This document shows, piece after piece, positions 55,097 to 64,000 of a stretch of 64,000 nucleotides of DNA. The number at the start of each line of letters is the position of its first letter. The first letter of the stretch is position 1. Origin of the DNA: Candidatus Xenobia bacterium (lineage in GTDB: Bacteria; Vulcanimicrobiota; Xenobia; Xenobiales; QWHO01). The notes below the pieces were generated by a model. It was not told the DNA's origin. It did no database searches and saw only the letters and a program-made list of their open reading frames with translations. A program made the translations under genes and the position numbers. The DNA lies in contig BTUM01000042.1 in NCBI GenBank assembly GCA_045863235.1, forward strand, positions 1 through 64,000, given 5' to 3'.

Positions 55097-55413
55097 GGAC
55101 CAAGCGTAGCGCTTGCGCTTCTCAGGCCTGCCAGGAATTGTATCGAGCGTGTATCATTACGGGGACCGCAGTCGTGGTCAGGCCCGCAATTTGCCCCCCG
55201 GGCCCGGTCGGAACACTCGGATGCCACACCCCCGCTCAGGCTCTGAGGAAGAAACGTCTGCCCGAAGCCCGGCGGCATCGAATGCCGATCCAAGAAGAAA
55301 TTAGGGTCTCCATCGGTGTTGCCAAGGGGCTCGCGCCCTCGCGAGTCTCGCTGGAGGATCCCCAGCGTGTCCGTCCCGGGAAGAATGCTGCGCTACGCGC
55401 AGAAGCCCGTCCG

Positions 55414-56877
55414 ATGAGGTCCATCCTGTTCCTCCTCTGCCTGGCGATGCTGGGCCGGCCGGCTCTGAGCGACCCCAAGGTGGTGCTCCTGCCCCTCGAC
55501 GACCGCCCGTGCAACCTCCTGTTCGTCGAGCAGCTCGGACGCATCGCCGGGGCGCGGGTGCGCTCCCCCCCGCGGCCCTGGCGGCGCCCGCCCCCGCCGC
55601 ACCGCCTGCCCGGCTGGCGGCGCAGCCAGCCGGCCGACCTCAAGCTGGTCTCGCTCGAGATGCTCTGCTACGGAGGGCTGGTTGGCTCACGCCGGGCCGA
55701 CGTCCCGATCGCATTGGCCCGCGAGCGGCTCGAGTCTCTGCGGGCTCTGACCGGCCGGGTCGACCTGGTGGCCACCCTCCCCCGGCTCAGCCTGCTCACC
55801 TCCGAGGCTCAGGCGTCCTACGAGCGGCGCCTGGCCGCCTGGGCCGCCAGCGGCTCAACTGAGCCCCCGGCGGATGTGCCCGCCGAGATCCTGGCCGAGT
55901 ACCGGTTCGTGCGCCAGCGCAACCTCGAGCTGCTCGGCTTCGCGCTCGACCTGCTGGAGGACCGCACCGTCCACAGGCTGGTGGTGGGACTGGACGACTC
56001 GGCCCCGCGCGGTCCCCACCTGGCCGAGGCCGCCTGGCTGGAGGGCGAGGTACGCCGGCGCCGCCTTCAGGAGCGCTTCTCCCTGCTGTCGGGAGCCGAC
56101 GAGCTGAGCATGAGCATGCTGACGGGCTGGCTGGCCGACCGGGCGGGCTTGCACCCGTCCGTCGAGGTGATTTACTCCGACCCGGAGGCAGCGGACCGGA
56201 TCCCACCCCTGGAAACGATGCCCCTGGCCCGCATGGTGGACGACCACCTGAAGCTGGCCGGGGCCCGCCTGGCAAGCCCGGGGGACGTGGTGCTGCTGGT
56301 GCTCGTCCCGGGCGAGGAGGGAATCGTGGCCCAGGTGGAGCGCCTCTTGAGCCTGCTTGCGGCCGGCCGCCGGGTGGCGGTGGCCGACCTTTCCAGGGTC
56401 AACCAGATGGACCCGGGCCTGGCCACGGCCCTGATCGACCGGGTGCCTGTGCACCGGCTGGACGCTCTGGCTGGCTGGAATACCGCCGCCAACGCCTTCG
56501 GCACCGCCGTCGCTCAGCTGGTGGCCCACCGCCTGGCCGCGCGTCAGCAGGGCTGGAGCCTGGAGCGGACCCTGGAGAGCGAGAAGACCCACCAGGCCTT
56601 CCTGATGGCCAGGCTGGTGGACGACTATGCCTACCAGGCGGTGGTGCGCCCTCGCCACGAAGCCGGTGAGGCCACGGCTCTCTTGATCCGCCTGCACCTG
56701 CTCGACTGGGCGCGAGAGCTCTTCGACCGGCGCTGGCGCGGTCGCGTGGTCGAGCTGGAGGCGCTGGGAAGGCAGGCCCGCATCGACTCGGCGCAGTTCG
56801 AGGTGGCGCTCCCCTGGCGACGGGTTTTCGAGGTGGAGCTGCGCGTGGACCTGCGACTGACCCCGGTCCCCAGGTAG
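55414..56877 (+). CDS. DUF4127 family protein
   Basis: Signal peptide, PLDDRP, S.EML.YGGLV.SR, DDS, GADE, AGWNTAANA.G, DDY.YQ. Confidence 0.8.
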   Translation: MRSILFLLCLAMLGRPALSDPKVVLLPLDDRPCNLLFVEQLGRIAGARVRSPPRPWRRPPPPHRLPGWRRSQPADLKLVSLEMLCYGGLVGSRRADVPIALARERLESLRALTGRVDLVATLPRLSLLTSEAQASYERRLAAWAASGSTEPPADVPAEILAEYRFVRQRNLELLGFALDLLEDRTVHRLVVGLDDSAPRGPHLAEAAWLEGEVRRRRLQERFSLLSGADELSMSMLTGWLADRAGLHPSVEVIYSDPEAADRIPPLETMPLARMVDDHLKLAGARLASPGDVVLLVLVPGEEGIVAQVERLLSLLAAGRRVAVADLSRVNQMDPGLATALIDRVPVHRLDALAGWNTAANAFGTAVAQLVAHRLAARQQGWSLERTLESEKTHQAFLMARLVDDYAYQAVVRPRHEAGEATALLIRLHLLDWARELFDRRWRGRVVELEALGRQARIDSAQFEVALPWRRVFEVELRVDLRLTPVPR

Positions 56878-56928
56878 TGCAGGCCATCCGAGGAGGACCA
56901 GCGGGAACGGACTGGAAATCATAACTTT

Positions 56929-57393
56929 GTGACACAAAGTAAGATTCGCTGCCGGGTGGCTCTGGGGCTTGTCAGCGTGGCCCTGCTGGTCTCCGGAGTG
57001 ACCGCCTTCCCGTTGCCCCAGGAGGTCGGTCTGCTGGCCGGCTGGCTGGACCCCTCCACCCCCCTCGGGGCGTGGATTCACCGGGTCGAGGACGCTCTGG
57101 TCTACAACCAGGAGAATTTCCCCTTCATGGCCTACGGCACCGACTGGCTGGCCTTCGCTCACATCATGCTGGCCGTGCTGTTCCTCGGCGCCATGCGCGA
57201 TCCGGCGCGCAATCTCTGGGTGATCGAGTTCGGTCTGCTGGCCTGTGCCGGGGTGCTGGCTCTGGCATTGATCTGCGGGCCGCTGAGGGGGATCCCGTTC
57301 TTCTGGCAGCTGGTGGATTGCTCGTTTGGAGCTTTTGGCGCCATCCCGCTTTGGTTCGCGCGCCGGGAGGCGCTCTCAGCGTCCGCCGGTTAG
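56929..57393 (+). CDS. Conserved membrane protein
   Basis: SGVTAFPL, PFMAYGTDWLAFAH, DP.RN.WVIEFG, RGIP.FW..VDCSFG. Confidence 0.8.
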   Translation: MTQSKIRCRVALGLVSVALLVSGVTAFPLPQEVGLLAGWLDPSTPLGAWIHRVEDALVYNQENFPFMAYGTDWLAFAHIMLAVLFLGAMRDPARNLWVIEFGLLACAGVLALALICGPLRGIPFFWQLVDCSFGAFGAIPLWFARREALSASAG

Positions 57394-58092
57394 CCCCAGC
57401 ACGGTGCCGGTGGCATAAGAAGCCTGCTCGGACATGAGCCAGGCCACGCCCTCGGCGATCTCCTCGGGCCGGGCCGCTCGCCCCAGCGGGATGGAGCCAG
57501 CCAGCCGTTCGACGCGGTCGCTCGCTCCTCCCCGAGCGTGAATCTCAGTATCCACCAGCCCGGGTGCGACGCAGTTCACCCGGATGCCTCGCTGGCCCAC
57601 TTCGCGAGCCAGGCCCAGCGTGAAAGCTTCCACCGCCGCCTTCGTGGCGGCGTAGTGAGCGTATTCGAAGGGGCTGCCCGTGCGGGCGGCAACCGAGGAG
57701 AGGTTCACGATGCTGCCGCCCGCCGGCATCCGCCGCACGGCTTCGCGGCAGCACAGCATGGTGCCCAGCAAGTTGACCTCCATCACCCGCCGGGCGACCT
57801 CCTCGGTGAGGTCCTCCACGCGCGTGAAGCCCCCTGTGATGCCGGCGTTGTTGACCAGCCCGTCCAGCGAGTCGAGCCCTTTGAAGAGAGCCAGCACCCC
57901 GGACTCTTGACCCACGTCGCCTGGCACGGCCCGGGCCGATCCGCCGGCCGCCTCGATGGAGCCCACCACCTCCAGGGCCGACTCACGGTCGATCAGGTAG
58001 TTCACTACCACGTGCCACCCCTCGGAACCCAGGCGGCGGGCCACGGCGGCTCCGATCCCCCGGCTGGCGCCGGTCACGATCACGGTCTTCAT
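57376..58092 (-). CDS. SDR family oxidoreductase
   Basis: TGASRGIG, NNAG, YAATK, IRVN.VAPG. Confidence 0.95.
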   Translation of the reverse strand: MKTVIVTGASRGIGAAVARRLGSEGWHVVVNYLIDRESALEVVGSIEAAGGSARAVPGDVGQESGVLALFKGLDSLDGLVNNAGITGGFTRVEDLTEEVARRVMEVNLLGTMLCCREAVRRMPAGGSIVNLSSVAARTGSPFEYAHYAATKAAVEAFTLGLAREVGQRGIRVNCVAPGLVDTEIHARGGASDRVERLAGSIPLGRAARPEEIAEGVAWLMSEQASYATGTVLGLTGGR

Positions 58093-58123
58093 GCCGGACG
58101 TTTCCCGCCCTGGCGCCTGGGTC

Positions 58124-59590
58124 CTACCCGAAGGTGGTGGTCGTCAGGCAGAGCCGGGCCCATTCGGGAGCTCTCGTGCCGCGGGCGCGAAGGGCGCTCA
58201 GCGACTGGCCGGCCACCTCGTTCTGGGGATCGAGCTGCAGGGCCCGCTCGGTGAGAACCAGAGCATACTCGGGGCGACCGGCCTGGAAGCAGTAGAAGGC
58301 CGCCTCGCTGAGGCGTCGAGCGGCGCCTTCCTGGTCGTCCCGGGCCAGGGTGATCCGAAACCAGGCCTGGTGAGGAACCATCACCAGAGCGTCCAGGCTC
58401 CACGCTCGCGGGCGCGAACCGGGCCCGACCGAAAAGGCCGCGCTCGGGGTTCTCGAAGGCATACACGCCCCGGGGACAATCCCAGGCGGTTTCCTCGCTG
58501 CTCAGCGCCTCGGTCAACGTCTCCAGCGAAGTTTGCGTGTCAGCCAGCAGGGCCTCGACTGTGGGGGAGGCCTGCACGCCAAGCTGAGAGCAGGCCTGCC
58601 GGGCGGCCACAGGGCGCAACTCGCGGGCGCGCGCCATGACCTGATGCTCCTCGGTCACCATCCCGGTGAGGCGGATGACTCCTCGCAGGGGCTCCAGAGC
58701 GCGGGAAGCCTGACCGGCGGCCAGGTAGGCTTCGCCCAGGCTCAGTTGGAGCCGGTTCCACAGGGGCAGGAGCTCGGGCTCGGCCGGATGCTCCCCGACC
58801 AGCGCCAGAGCCTCCTGCAGCAGCCCGAGGTGGCCTCGCTCCAGGGCCTGGCGGCACTGGCCGGCCACCTCCGAGCACACCGCGTCGCGCAGGGCCTGCA
58901 GCTTGCGGCCGCGCGAGGGAAGGTCGGGAGTGGCGCGCAGGAGCGCCAGCGCCCCGGCCAGGTCCTTTTCCGCCACCAGGCGGGGCAGGCGCTCCTCGGG
59001 CGGGGGCTGCTGCAGCTCGCCGGGGATCGGCCCCCGTTCGAAGATCAGCGGGGCGCGGAAGTGGAAGTCCAGCGTGCCGATCCCCAGCTCTTTTGCCAGG
59101 GCCAGCTGTTGGCGGGGCCAGAGCTCGAGGACGGTGGCCTTGCTCTCCTCGCCCGCAGTTGTCTGCCAGCAAGAGGACCGGTAGCTGATGAGCCTCTCCT
59201 CCTCGGGCCGGGACAGGAAGCGCTCGAGCTTGCCCTGGGAAACCTGGAAGGCAAAGTCGAGCCCCTCGTCGTCTGATCCGAAGGCCAGCACGGCTGCGCA
59301 GCCAGCCGCCTCAACCGCGAGAGCGAGTCCCAGCCAGTCCACTCCCGTCAGGTCGCGCCCCCGGTTGTCGGTTCTCAGGCTCTCGACCAGCGGGGCGATG
59401 GCCTCAGGGACGCGATGGGGGAGGCTTGGAAAGACTTCGGTGAAAGGGATGTGCCCATGGCCGGACAGACGTCCAGAAACCACATTCCGCCCCGCTCGTA
59501 GCCGCGCAGACAGGCCCGCACATCGAGCCGGCGCAGGCCCTCCCAATCGGGCTCCTCGGAGAAGACGAAAACGTTGTGGAAGGACCCCAC
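58124..59590 (-). pseudogene. TPR-containing protein split by two frameshifts
   Basis: Protein-like sequence starts in ORF 59375-59590, continues in ORF 58089-59666 from ~59470, and ends in ORF 58124-58462 (TPR-like ERALQLDPQN). Confidence 0.6.
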
Positions 59591-59664
59591 GGCCGCCGGG
59601 TTCCCCCTTCGTTTGGAGGAGTCCTGGCGGCAGGGTGCCGAGCGGGCAGCGCGAAAGCCCCGCC

Positions 59665-60732
59665 ATGCAGGCAGAGCGCGGTTTTTCGGTGGACTACACC
59701 CATCGCCTTCGCTTTACTCGCCAGGCCGAGACGTGCCTGCGCAAGCTGGTGGGCGAGGCGCGCTGCCTGGCCTTTGTCGATCAGGGCTTGCTGACGGCCC
59801 ATCCCGAGCTGGCCCGGATCGAGCTTCCCGGCCTGGTCGAGATGCTGCCCGTGCCCGGGGGCGAGGCGGTCAAGAACGACATGCGAGTGTTCGAGGAGGC
59901 CTGCCGGGCCATCGATCGGGCAGCCATCTGCCGCCAGTCCTACGTGCTTGTCTGGGGAGGGGGAGCGGTGCTGGATGCGGTGGGCTTCGCGGCCGCCTCC
60001 ACTCACCGGGGGGTGCGCCTGATCCGCCTTCCCAGCACCACCCTGGCCCAGGCCGACTCGGGCGTGGGCGTGAAGTGCGGGCTGAACGCCTTCGGCAAGA
60101 AGAACCTGCTGGGCGCCTTCCACGTGCCCCACGCGGTGGTGTGCGACGAGACCTTGCTGGCCACGCTGAGCGACGAACACTGGCGCTCGGGTTTTGCGGA
60201 AGTGGTCAAAGTCGCGCTCTTGCGCGATGGGTCCTTGTTCGAGGAGGTCGAGCGACGGGCTGACGAGGTGCGCGAGCGCGATCTCGAGGCTGCGCTGCCG
60301 CTCATCCGACGCTCGGCCGAGCTGCACCTTTCGCAGATCGTGTCCGGAGGGGATCCCTTTGAGCTGGGCTCGGGACGTCCGCTCGACTTTGGCCACTGGA
60401 TCGCCCACCGGCTGGAGGTGCTGTCCGATTTCACCCTCACCCACGGGCACGCCGTGTCGGTGGGGATGGCGGTGGATCTGGCCTACGGCGCCCGGCTGGG
60501 GGTGACCCCGCCCGCCCTGGCCGCCCGCGCCACCTCGGTCCTCGAACGCCTGGGCCTTCCCCTGTGGCATCCCCGGCTGGCCCATCCCGGGCTGCTGCAG
60601 GGCCTGGAGGACTTTCGCCAGCATCTGGGAGGCAAGCTCTGCCTGCCCCTGATCGAGGAGCTGGGGCGCGAGACGACCGTGGACGAGGTCGATCGCGAGC
60701 TCTTGATCGAGTGCCTGGCGGTGCCGGCATGA
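59665..60732 (+). CDS. eboD: 3-dehydroquinate synthase-like sugar-phosphate cyclase (EboD-type)
   Basis: GGEAVKND, GGGAVLD, HRGVRLIR.P.TTL.Q.DSGVGVK, GDPFELGS.RPLDFGHW.AH.LE. Confidence 0.85.
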   Translation: MQAERGFSVDYTHRLRFTRQAETCLRKLVGEARCLAFVDQGLLTAHPELARIELPGLVEMLPVPGGEAVKNDMRVFEEACRAIDRAAICRQSYVLVWGGGAVLDAVGFAAASTHRGVRLIRLPSTTLAQADSGVGVKCGLNAFGKKNLLGAFHVPHAVVCDETLLATLSDEHWRSGFAEVVKVALLRDGSLFEEVERRADEVRERDLEAALPLIRRSAELHLSQIVSGGDPFELGSGRPLDFGHWIAHRLEVLSDFTLTHGHAVSVGMAVDLAYGARLGVTPPALAARATSVLERLGLPLWHPRLAHPGLLQGLEDFRQHLGGKLCLPLIEELGRETTVDEVDRELLIECLAVPA

Positions 60733-60870
60733 ACGAGTCGGGGTGTCGAGTGAACGTGGACGAGTCTTGCCAGGTCGGGGACGAGGGGCGCGTGAACGTG
60801 GTAGACGTGTCTTCCCGCAATGGCCAGGTCGGGGACGAGGGGGGCGCGTGAACTTGGTAGACGAGTACTT
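60729..60870 (+). repeat. Imperfect tandem reiteration of a gene start
   Basis: (A/G)TGAAC at 60729, 60750, 60792, 60848; GCCAGGTCGGGGACGAGGGG(GG)CGC twice. Confidence 0.8.
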
Positions 60871-61090
60871 CCTCGAGCACCGCGGCAAGCTGATCGACCT
60901 GGCCGCCTTTCTCGACCGGGTGGACCGCGCCGGGCAAGCCGACGACCGGCGGATCCAGGCCCTGCGAGGAGCGCTGCAGCTCTTGCTCGAGCCCGGTCCC
61001 GAGCGGGCCCGACGCATCCTCGAGCTGCTCAGCGACCCCACCAGCGAGCCGGTGGAAGAGGCCCGCGGCAGCGCCACCGGCGCCCCCTGA
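60848..61090 (+). CDS. Small conserved helical protein in ebo cluster
   Basis: YFLEHRGKLIDLAAFLDRVDRA...RARRILELLSDP; GAGG RBS before GTG. Confidence 0.7.
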   Translation: MNLVDEYFLEHRGKLIDLAAFLDRVDRAGQADDRRIQALRGALQLLLEPGPERARRILELLSDPTSEPVEEARGSATGAP

Positions 61091-61095
61091 GCGGC

Positions 61096-61893
61096 ATGGA
61101 CTACATCGATCCTCACATCCACATGGTCTCGCGCACCACCGACGACTACGAGCGGCTGGCCCGTTGCGGCTGTCGCGCAGTCAGCGAGCCGGCCTTTTGG
61201 TCGGGTTTCAACCGCGCCTCGGCGGAGGGCTTCCGCGACTACTTCCTCCAGCTCACCGAGTTCGAGCCCACCCGGGCCCGGCGTTACGGCATCCGGCACT
61301 ACTGCTGGTTGTGCATCAATCCCAAGCAGGCCGAAGACCCGGGGTTGGCCCGCGAGGTGATGGCGCTGATCCCCGATTACCTCGACCGTCCCAACGTGCT
61401 GGGAATCGGCGAGATCGGCCTCAACCGAAACAGCAAGAACGAGCTGGTGGTGCTGGAGGAGCAGATCGCCCTGGCCCTGCGCCATGACCAGCTGATCCTG
61501 GTGCACACCCCGCACCTTGAGGACAAGCTCAAGGGCACCCGGCTGATCCTGGACGCGCTCGACAACCAGGGGGTGCGGCCCGAGCGGGCCCTGATCGACC
61601 ACGTCGAGGAGCACACCGTGCAGATGGTGCTCGAGCGCGGCTACTGGGCGGGGATGACGCTTTATCCCGACACCAAGTGCACCCCCCAGCGGGCGGTGGA
61701 CATCCTGGAGGTTCACGGCACCGAGCGCCTCTGCCTCAACTCGGCCGGCGACTGGGGGCCGAGCGATCCTCTGGCGGTACCGAAGGCGATGCAGGAGATG
61801 CGCCGACGAGAGCACCCGGTGGAGCGCCTTCGCCAGGTGTTCTACGCCAACCCGCACGCCTTTCTGAGCCAGAGCCCGAGGTTTCTGGCTTGA
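61096..61893 (+). CDS. eboB: TatD-family hydrolase (EboB-type)
   Basis: DPHIHMVSRTTDDY, EPAFW, GEIGL, HTPH..DK..GT, DH..E.T, S..DWGPSDPLAVPK. Confidence 0.85.
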   Translation: MDYIDPHIHMVSRTTDDYERLARCGCRAVSEPAFWSGFNRASAEGFRDYFLQLTEFEPTRARRYGIRHYCWLCINPKQAEDPGLAREVMALIPDYLDRPNVLGIGEIGLNRNSKNELVVLEEQIALALRHDQLILVHTPHLEDKLKGTRLILDALDNQGVRPERALIDHVEEHTVQMVLERGYWAGMTLYPDTKCTPQRAVDILEVHGTERLCLNSAGDWGPSDPLAVPKAMQEMRRREHPVERLRQVFYANPHAFLSQSPRFLA

Positions 61894-61896
61894 GGG

Positions 61897-62004
61897 CTAC
61901 ACTCCCGCGCGTTGACCTGTTCAGAATTGGAACGCGCGGGAGTGTAGACAATCTGTTGAACGGCGCCGCGCCAATTCCTCAAGTGTTCAACGCGCGGCGC
62001 CTTA
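61897..62004. repeat. Dispersed REP/REPIN-like double hairpin, copy 2 (intact)
   Basis: Perfect 17-bp IR CTACACTCCCGCGCGTT (61897-61913)/(61931-61947) ending GTAG; second perfect 10-bp IR 61962-61971/61992-62001. Confidence 0.85.
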
Positions 62005-62071
62005 GAGGTTTGAGGTGCCAGGCCCCTCTGGCTGTCAGCATCGAGATGGCCGTGAAAGTCAGGTTTCGGGC

Positions 62072-63133
62072 TTGAGGGTGCTGGGCTACTGCCTGAACCA
62101 GTTCCCCAAGGGACAGCTGTTGCAGGCCCTGGACATGCTCACCCCCGGAACCGGAGCAGGCCTCTGGATCAACCGCTCGCTGGCTCGTGAGTTGCAGGTG
62201 CCGGGCGCGCTGGAAGCCCTGCGCGACGAGCTGCACAAGCGCGAGCTGATCGCCTATTCTTTGAATGCATTCCCGGCCGACGACTTCCACGGGCCGGTGG
62301 TGAAGCACCGGGTCTATCATCCCGCCTGGGATCGCGTGGAGCGCCTGGAATACACCCTGGAGGTGGCCGAGTTGCTGGCTGGCCTTCTGCCCGAAGGGGC
62401 CGAGGGGAGTCTCTCCACCCTGCCCGTGGGTTGGCCCGGCACGGTCGAGTTGGGCCAGGCTCGGGTTCACCTGGCTCGGGCCGCAGGGGGGCTGCGCGAG
62501 TTGCACGAGCGCACCGGGCACCTGATCCACCTCGACCTCGAGCCCGAGCCGGGCTGCGTGCTCTCCACCAGCGCCGACCTGGTGGCCTTCTGGCAGGACC
62601 TGGACCGGGTTTACCTCAGGGTGTGCCACGACGTGTGTCACGCCGCCGTGATGGCCGAGGGCCAGGGGGAGGCTCTGGAGCGCTATCGGCGGGCCGGCAT
62701 CCGGGTGGGCAAGGTGCAGATCTCCTCGGCCCTGCTCGTGCCCGACTGCCGTCTGGCGCGGCCCGCGCTGGAGCGTCTGTCCCAGGATCGTTACCTTCAC
62801 CAGTGCCTGTATGAGCGTCGCCAACTCTTTGAAGACCTACCGGACTTTCTCGAGCAAGACCTTCCCCCGGGCGAGTTAAGGGTTCACTACCACGTGCCGG
62901 TCGACTTGCTCGAGCTCGAGGATGGCGTCAAGACCACCTCGGAGGAGATCGCGGCCTGCCTGGCGGCGCTCGATCCCGAGGTGGCCCATCTGGAGGTGGA
63001 GACCTACACCCGCATCCAGCCCGAGGCGGTTTTGCGCCGCGAGCTGGAGTGGGTCGCCGGCCTTCTTCAGGCCTCGGAGTCGGAGTCGAAGACGGCGGTT
63101 TCGCGCCCTTTGCGGTCGGACCGGAAGATCTGA
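62072..63133 (+). CDS. eboE: Metabolite traffic protein EboE (xylose-isomerase-like TIM barrel)
   Basis: GYC.N, NAFP..DFH..VVK.RVY.P.W, STLP, LEPEPGC, D.CH.AV..E, KVQISSAL, YLHQ, RVHYHVP, LEVETYT. Confidence 0.85.
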   Translation: MRVLGYCLNQFPKGQLLQALDMLTPGTGAGLWINRSLARELQVPGALEALRDELHKRELIAYSLNAFPADDFHGPVVKHRVYHPAWDRVERLEYTLEVAELLAGLLPEGAEGSLSTLPVGWPGTVELGQARVHLARAAGGLRELHERTGHLIHLDLEPEPGCVLSTSADLVAFWQDLDRVYLRVCHDVCHAAVMAEGQGEALERYRRAGIRVGKVQISSALLVPDCRLARPALERLSQDRYLHQCLYERRQLFEDLPDFLEQDLPPGELRVHYHVPVDLLELEDGVKTTSEEIAACLAALDPEVAHLEVETYTRIQPEAVLRRELEWVAGLLQASESESKTAVSRPLRSDRKI

Positions 63134-63981
63134 TACAGCGCCAGCCCGACCAACAAAGCGCACCCGGCCGTCGAGGTCCAGGCCTCCTCGGCCCGGTAGG
63201 CGTCCAGAGCGTGCACCACCCGATGGCCCAGGGCCACCAGTCCGGACAGGAGGGCGAAGATGCCCAGCCCGCGGTGCAGGATGCCCGGCAAGAGCCCGGC
63301 CACGGCCAGGAACATGCCGGTCAGCACCACCATGAAGCCGACGTCGTTGGTCTCCGGGTCGTAGACCAGCCCCAGCAGGGTGCCCAGCGCGGTCAGGGCC
63401 ATCCAGCCCAGAATTGGCAGGAAACCTCCCCCGGTCTTCACGCCGTGCTCGGCTCGCCAGCGCTCCCCCTCCGCGGCATACTGGCGCACCTTCTGCACCA
63501 CCTGCTCAAAGAGCTCGGGAGGACAGTGCAGGCGAAGGACGGTGTGCCAGCTATCCGCCAGCGCTACCACCTTCTCGTGCGGGTAGACCTTGACGCGATG
63601 GACATTCTTCCAGGTGATGGTAACCGTCTCGCCGGCCTGAGCCAGCACGCTGGCCGCCAGGGCACGGGTGCTGCCGGCCAGGATCGAAGCCACGACCGCG
63701 AACTCGCCCAGGGCGCGCTCGCGCGTGCCGGCCAGGAAGGCCGCTCCCTCGGGACCGACCTGGTAGAGCGCCTGGTAGCGGTTGCCGAAGAACAAGAGCG
63801 AGATCACTCCGATGAGGACGAAGAGCACTCCCAGCACCACAGCGAAGAGGGGGGCGACCTGAAGCAACATGTCGGGCTCACCGACCGCCAGGCCCATCAG
63901 GCCCATCACGACCGAGAGAACGACGATGATTCCCACGAAGAGCTTGACCAGGTCCTTGAGGAAGAAGCGTCCCGTGAGCAT
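63067..63981 (-). CDS. Hypothetical multi-pass membrane protein (5' end may lie beyond the window)
   Basis: Two N-terminal TMs, a soluble PH-like segment and about 4 C-terminal TMs. Confidence 0.7.
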   Translation of the reverse strand: MLTGRFFLKDLVKLFVGIIVVLSVVMGLMGLAVGEPDMLLQVAPLFAVVLGVLFVLIGVISLLFFGNRYQALYQVGPEGAAFLAGTRERALGEFAVVASILAGSTRALAASVLAQAGETVTITWKNVHRVKVYPHEKVVALADSWHTVLRLHCPPELFEQVVQKVRQYAAEGERWRAEHGVKTGGGFLPILGWMALTALGTLLGLVYDPETNDVGFMVVLTGMFLAVAGLLPGILHRGLGIFALLSGLVALGHRVVHALDAYRAEEAWTSTAGCALLVGLALYQIFRSDRKGRETAVFDSDSEA

Positions 63982-64000
63982 GGGAACCGAGAGGCTCCAG

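Overview
High-GC bacterial chromosomal segment, densely coding, with no rRNA, tRNA, CRISPR array or intact IS/phage detected by eye. Protein style tentatively suggests Ca. Eremiobacterota or a similar lineage, but I cannot verify this. Housekeeping and accessory genes include a HEAT-cyclophilin, NUDIX, HTTM, LCP, translin, yqeC-mocA-yqeB, rsmA, xseA, ZIP, GH38, GH55-like, SNF2, PPK2, GGDEF, DUF4127, SDR and a partial ebo cluster. Main points of interest: (1) an apparently complete retron (helical-repeat protein + SWIM protein + structured msr/msd ncRNA + RT, 45735-50632), overlapped by an upstream cytosine deaminase and carrying an extra tandem-repeat element before the RT; (2) a 43-aa RiPP-precursor-like peptide ending FTWFKG, absent from the ORF track, overlapping a radical SAM/SPASM gene; (3) five unrelated proteins sharing a short C-terminal motif that may be a sorting signal; (4) a dispersed REP/REPIN-like double hairpin present twice; (5) tandem NrdR-like boxes at the left edge. 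All assignments come from motif recognition without database searches.
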